Assembly: GCA_905178155.1 (NCBI GenBank)
Contig: CAJINV010000014.1
Location: forward strand, 186,001 to 250,000
Length of the DNA stretch: 64,000 nt
Direction: 5' to 3'
Origin: Amoebophrya sp. A120
Taxonomy: Eukaryota; Protista; Dinoflagellata
Shown one piece after another: positions 58,961 to 64,000 of the stretch (position 1 is the first letter of the stretch; every line of letters starts with the position of its first letter). The notes under the pieces were generated by a model that was given only the letters and a program-made list of their open reading frames with translations, had not been told where the DNA came from and ran no database searches. The translations under genes and the position numbers were made by a program.

Positions 58961-59109
58961 CCGAAAGAGGCCAAGAGCCCGAAAGAAGCTGCGAAGCTGG
59001 ACGCCTGCAATCTCAATGTCAAACCCGACTGAAAAAGATCTGAGACATGAAGGGGCGTCAGATCTGACGGCTCAGATCTGGCTTCTCATATTTGAAACGA
59101 ATTCGAGTC

Positions 59110-59290
59110 CCCAAATCTGAATCTCTCGAATCTGAATGCCCCGAGTCTGAATATTTCAAATCTGAATGTCTCGAGTCTGAATATCTCAAATCTGAATGTC
59201 TCGAGTCTGAAAATGATCTCAAATCTGAATATCTCAAATCTGAATATCTCAAATCTGAATGTCTCAAATCTGAGACCTCAAATCTGAAAT
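59110..59290 (+). repeat. 15-bp tandem repeat TCTCAAATCTGAAT[AG]
   Basis: About 11 imperfect copies. Confidence 0.92.
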
Positions 59291-59309
59291 ATCGCGAGAA
59301 TCGAGACTC

Positions 59310-59472
59310 GAGATTCCAGATTTGAGATTCCAGATCTGAGATTCCAGATCTGAGATTCCAGATTTGAGATTCCAGATTTGAGATTCCAGATTTGAGATTC
59401 CAGATTTGAGATTCCAGATTTGAGATTTGAGATTCCAGATCTGAGATTCCAGATTTGAGATTCCAGGTCTGA
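59310..59472 (+). repeat. 14-bp tandem repeat GAGATTCCAGAT[TC]T
   Basis: About 11 near-perfect copies; its core is the reverse complement of the preceding array's core. Confidence 0.95.
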
Positions 59473-60415
59473 TGTGTGAAATGTGAAATGTCCAAACCGG
59501 TTTGTCGTTTCTCAAATATCGGTTAATTTGAGGTTTGTTCAGCAACTAGAGTTATAGTAGCTAATATTTCATCTTGTTTTGATCTCTTACACATGAAAAA
59601 ACATGACCACAGCACCTTGCAATTGCTGCGAGCAAAGAACGCAGGTGCAACGCGTTTGCGACACTTCTTGCTCAGGAAGCAAAGTTGTTTTCCCGTGCGG
59701 CTCGTCCCGCTTCTTGGCAAACCTGTATTGTACTACAGGGCGAAGAAAGGAGATGAGCATCAGCAGCAATGTGTTCGTCCGCTCGATATTGCACTGACAA
59801 TGCAGTCACCTCTTGCTTGTTCCAGTGCTTCTGTAGTGGTGTACGTTTCACACACGGAAGAATGATCGACGCTCACTTTGTTTCAGAAGTTTAGTATTCT
59901 TGACTGAGCATGATCCTGGCCGCCAACACACTACTTTTTACACGACCTTCCTGATCTGATCGGCACCAGAAAATAAAGGTCAGCACGAATTCTTGAAGCA
60001 AGAAGTAGGTGGCGCCGCTCTTGACTTATTTCGGCGTAGGTACCACTACCACTTCTAAAACTTCTTGCCCTGCGCGAATTGCGAAAAGTGCGGCAGCTCC
60101 TCCACATGGTCCAGCTCGGCGGTATGCAAGGAAAAATCGAAACAAGATCGGAGAGTGGAAGTTCTGCTTGCGCCGTTTGTTCTTGTGGACAAAACTCCTT
60201 TTTGGCTTTCTTGATGTCAACATAGCGCAAAAGCTTGCTGAGTGGAACCTATCAAGTACAGCGAATTTTTGCTCAATAAAGACCAGTAGTCCGCTAGAAG
60301 AGTGATGGTGAAAGCAGCGCTACTAGGTCATCTAGAAGCAGTACCATCAACGGAAGGACGAGAGTCGATCCATTTCTTGAAGCTACAGAAAAAAGTGTCG
60401 TCTCCTCGCACATGT

Positions 60416-63400
60416 TCACACCTCCTCAATCTGTAAATCGTGACTTTCCCTTTCATACTCCGGTGCAGGTCGTTTGGATTTGGAGCTGCTTGGCGTGAGC
60501 TGAAACGCCTGGTCTGCTTGCAGATCCGTTGTTCCCCCGGCCCCGCTTTTCGAATTGGATGGACTCGAGCTGTGCAATTGCTTTGTCAGCACACCGTAGT
60601 GGGCTTGCAGTGCATCAGAAACGTCGCCGAAGTGGTTCGGGTTCTCGAGGTACCTGGAGATGCGGTTGTTTCAGGTTTATTTCTGTCCTGCTCGGGTAGT
60701 TGTTCTCGCTCTAGGTGACCAGGGGACTCATCTCATTCTGTTACTCATGTCGAAAAAGATCATCAAGTCTGTATGTTTTATATGCATGCCCCCAGCGACG
60801 TTGTTGCGTGCAAAGAAAAGAACGCCGCAGCTACAGTGCTACGAGTGATGAAGTTCTGTGCGATTGAAGAAATTACAACTCGTCCATACATCCTCTTTAA
60901 TCAGTATCAGCCCTAGAAGTTGCTGTCGCTGAGCTGTGCATGTGCTACTTCTACAACAACAGCCTAATCCTAAAAATCTACAAATCGTACCAGTCCACCG
61001 TTCTTTGCAGCCCCTCTTCCCACGTGGTGTTTACTTTCCAGCCCAGCGCTTCCAGCTTCACACTGGTGGTGAGGTAGCTCTTGTCGTTATCCTGAGTAAA
61101 AACGTCCCCACACCAGAGTCAGGATGGAGATTTTGCAACACGAGCCGAGGAGTTTTGTGAGTCACGCATGACAAGCTGCACTCCGCAGTGTAGTGCAGGT
61201 TAGCAAGTGCAGCCGCATCAAAGATTCATCTGCTCATCCTGTTCACAGCATCACAAATTCCAAAAGACAATTGGAAATGGCTCTCATGGGGCTGCGCATT
61301 ACAAGTCTTGCTGTCTTTGCAAATCTGCATTACAACTCTGGTGTGGGGACGGTTTTTACTCAGGATAGTCGTTGAAAGCCCGGTCTTTGACGTACTGAAA
61401 GTACCGCTTGTCTTATGACAGTGCACAACTCCACTCCCCCTCGTTTGTCATGCAAAATACCAAATCCAGTTCCAGGCTGTGCCTCTTGGCACTGCTTGCA
61501 TGACAAACTCCGGAAGGAGCCCAAACAGTACTACACTCCTGCGCAAAGTTCTCATGCAAAACCAGCATTCTTTCTGACGCTTGTACTGCCGTCCATGCTA
61601 TACAAATGAGGGGGGGAAGGAGTTGTGCACCGTCATATGTCTTGACTGTCAACGTTCGCGATGTCGCCCTGCTCCTTTCCGAGAGCGACCAGGACGCTTT
61701 TCAGCACTTCCAGGTTGCTATCAAGTCGAAAAATGTCTGGGTTTGGAAGACTCGTGCTGTTTTTGCATGACACAGAAGGTCTGGCATGGAAGCTCTAGCG
61801 TCACAGGTCTTGAGAAGCTTCTGCAATGCCGAATCCGCATGACAAATCCCCCACTTTGGTGAGAAATAGTGGGTAGCTTGAGCTTTTGCTACCTATGCAT
61901 GACAGATTTATCTGTGTTCTGAAATGCGCATCACAAGTGGTTCTTCTTCCGGACCCAGACATATTTGCAATCCATAGTTGCTTCGTTCCTGCGGTTGCGA
62001 GATGTTGTAGGTCTCGAACGTTGTGCCCTTGCGCATGATCACATCAAAAGCGGAGACAACGTCGTCGATGAACAGGAAGCTCCGCGTGTTCGTCCCATCC
62101 CCGTGGACTATGCACCGCAAAAGCAATTATCGGATTATATCCCACCAGAGCACAAAGTTTTTTTTTTTTAATGCCGTCCTTTTCCTCACTTTATCCCCCA
62201 GCTTGATGCTGACATATCTTATAAGCATAACCGCAATTATTTCTTCCATGGGCTACCACTAAGCATAAGCAACTTGCGGCAAATTTCATTTCTGTTGTGT
62301 ACAGAATTAGAATGCAAATGCAACGAACAGCAACGTTGGCGTTGCTATGATTCACACGATGTGGATAATCGCGATTTAGACTTTTGTATTGCATATGCAC
62401 CGGGAAAGGCATATTTCGGTTAAACAGCGCGATGGATTTTGGGATCAACTTTTCGGGCCACTGCCGAGGACCGAAAACATTGTTAGGCCTGATTCGGTTT
62501 GTTCCTTTTCAAATTTCAAGCATCGCCCTGCTCCATTCACGGTAAGAATGGGGCGGAAAAAACTCATCAGCGCCACAACATGATTGGAGCGACCTTCTGC
62601 CATTATATGCATTACTCATAATTGTGTCACCCCATAGTGGTTTATCAATTTGATAAAGAACAGTCATAAATTTCTAGTAGAGCCCCCGCAGGCAAATAAA
62701 ACTCAGTATACCTGACGACGATGCTGGGGAGGCGAAAGCTGAAACTGAACCCGCGCACCAGGCACTCTGCGGCGGCTTTGCTCGCCGAGTAGGGGTTGGT
62801 TGGGAGCATCTGGTCGTTCTCGCTCACCCGTCGGTTTTCCTCGAAGCTGAGGTCGCCATAGACCTCGTCAGTCGACACGTGAATGAACCTTTCCAGCGTC
62901 GGGCAGCGAATCGCGGCTTCCAGCAAGATATGCATTGCAAAAGTATCGTACTCGTAGTAATTGCTGTCGTGCATGACAAATCTCGCTTTTTAGGAAAAAT
63001 AGCATTACAAATTGCATTTTTCTTCTTGAAAAAATGCGTGATGCAATTTATACTAGTACGATACTTTTGCAATGCATACAAGACGTGGGTCCCATTCACG
63101 TTGGTCCGCACAAACTCGTCGGACGCCGTGAAAGATCGATCCACGTGGGACAGCGCGGCGAAGTGGAACACGCAGTCGAACCGGTGCTGCTCGAACAAGG
63201 AGCGGACCAGATTTCGGTCGCAAATGTCCCCGCGAACGAACCAGTAGTTCGCGCACTCGTCTGCTAGGTCCTTTATATTTTTCGGGTTTCCACAGTAGTC
63301 CAGCTTGTCCAGGTTGACAAATTTCGTGCGGGGGTACGTAGTCACGAGCCATCGCAGGACATTCGACCCGATGAACCCGCAGCCGCCCGTGAAAAGCACA

Positions 63401-63546
63401 CGCTTGGGGATGAAATCAGCCGCCCCACTGCTCGTGGCCCCATATTTCGCAACTGTTGTTCCGGTAGTCGATGTTGATGTCATAATTCCGTTTATTTCCA
63501 TTTCTCTCGCTGATGCAACTCCGTGGGTGTAGCGCAGGGAGGTCAT
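60416..63546 (-). CDS. dTDP/UDP-glucose 4,6-dehydratase (RmlB/RHM-type extended SDR), about 448 aa, 8 exons
   Basis: Exons 63546-63079, 62923-62712, 62488-62396, 62103-61977, 61713-61638, 61408-61368, 61082-60991, 60653-60416 sum to 1347 nt. Motifs: TGGCGFIGS, DKLDYCG, HFAALSHVDRSF, GTHVLLEA, HVSTDEVYG, NPYSASKA, NNVFGPRQWPEKLIP, HGDG, DRAFND, EEGLQRTVDWY. Confidence 0.96.
60654..60990 (-). other. Canonical GT-AG intron (dehydratase)
   Basis: GACTG|GTACGA ... TCCAG|GTACC; removal restores DWYLENPNHFGDVS. Confidence 0.85.
61088..61367. mobile_element. Introner family G (in dehydratase)
   Basis: G-type TIR; TSD GTCGT; removal restores DRAFNDKSY. Confidence 0.95.
61414..61637. mobile_element. 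Introner family I (in dehydratase)
   Basis: TIR TATGAC.GTGCACAACTCC; TSD TGTCT. Confidence 0.94.
61719..61976. mobile_element. Introner family H/A (in dehydratase)
   Basis: ATGTCTGGGT..GGAAGA inverted core; TSD GTTGC. Confidence 0.93.
62109..62395. mobile_element. Degenerate introner (in dehydratase)
   Basis: TATGCA...CAAAAG ends; TSD TGGAC/TGCAC; removal restores FPVHGDG. Confidence 0.85.
62489..62711 (-). other. Canonical GT-AG intron (dehydratase)
   Basis: GTCAG|GTATAC ... ATCAG|GCCT; removal restores VVRPNNVFGP. Confidence 0.9.
62929..63078. mobile_element. Introner family B (in dehydratase)
   Basis: B-type TIR; TSD CAAGA; removal restores GTHVLLEAA. Confidence 0.96.
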
Positions 63547-64000
63547 GATACAAGTGCTACTTAACGACAGCAGGAACCACGAAAGGAAGCGAGGACCGCA
63601 ACATCTACGAGGACCATGACCACCTACGAGGAACAAAGACACAAAACAAACGCGAAGATCAAACCAACGGAGGTAAGAAAGAGCAGAAGGCAATCGATTC
63701 TCCCTCGTCGCGAAATGCAATTTTTTAGTAAGTATTTTCCAATAGAAAGAGGTCCTCTATTTTGTATAAATAAATCAAAAGCAGCTTCGGAATGTCGCGC
63801 CTTCGACTTTATTTCTGCCTTTGTTTGATCATAAAATCGCCGGATGTTAAGGCAAGAGCGCAAATCTTCTAGTTGACCTAGGAACGAGACGAGGGCCGAC
63901 AACAAATCAAGCAGATAAGTACACTGGTGCTTTCTCAAAGAAGACTTGCTAAAAGAAAGCAAGGCTAGAAGGACAAGGATCTTCACAAAAAAATAAATGT

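Noticed and set aside
57261-59545. Long ORFs 57261-58025, 58044-59120, 59058-59495, 59092-59325
   Set aside because: They are stop-free because of GC richness and tandem repeats; the peptides mirror the repeat units.
59540-59552. CTAG as a Helitron 3' end for the repeat island
   Set aside because: No clear subterminal hairpin or A|T insertion context, so there is not enough evidence to classify it.
1-63078. Many short ORFs with recurring peptides ([35 protein letters not shown])
   Set aside because: These are translations of introner TIRs, not a protein family.
20988-63546. DHODH and dehydratase as transposon-disrupted pseudogenes
   Set aside because: After removal of 8 and 7 intervening sequences the frames are intact, stop-free and keep their catalytic motifs, even around old degenerate insertions.
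1-64000. Autonomous transposase or reverse transcriptase for the introners
   Set aside because: No ORF with recognisable DDE, RT or HUH motifs was seen in this window.

Overview
Eukaryotic nuclear DNA, most consistent with a syndinian/dinoflagellate parasite such as Amoebophrya (inferred from architecture, not from a search). Every gene I can support lies on the minus strand. Recognisable genes are a class 2 dihydroorotate dehydrogenase (20988-25107), a TMEM43-family membrane protein (39857-43100), a SpoU/TrmH RNA methyltransferase (46555-48939) and an NDP-glucose 4,6-dehydratase (60416-63546); there are also several large hypothetical genes. The dominant feature is about 61 short non-coding elements (mostly 109-360 bp) in about 12 families (my labels A-L). 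Nearly all begin TAT and end ATA, have family-specific terminal inverted repeats (TIRs), are flanked by a 5-bp target-site duplication (TSD), and share an internal TGT[CAG]ATGC motif. All sit inside coding sequence. Removing an element plus one TSD copy restores the reading frame and conserved enzyme motifs, so they behave as non-canonical, orientation-independent transposon-introns (introners). Also present: nested insertions within introners, GT-AG introns that look like aged introners, a class 2 DHODH with a class 1-type Cys catalytic loop, and a 2.2-kb composite repeat island. Splicing is inferred from hand reconstruction of reading frames; no RNA data were available.
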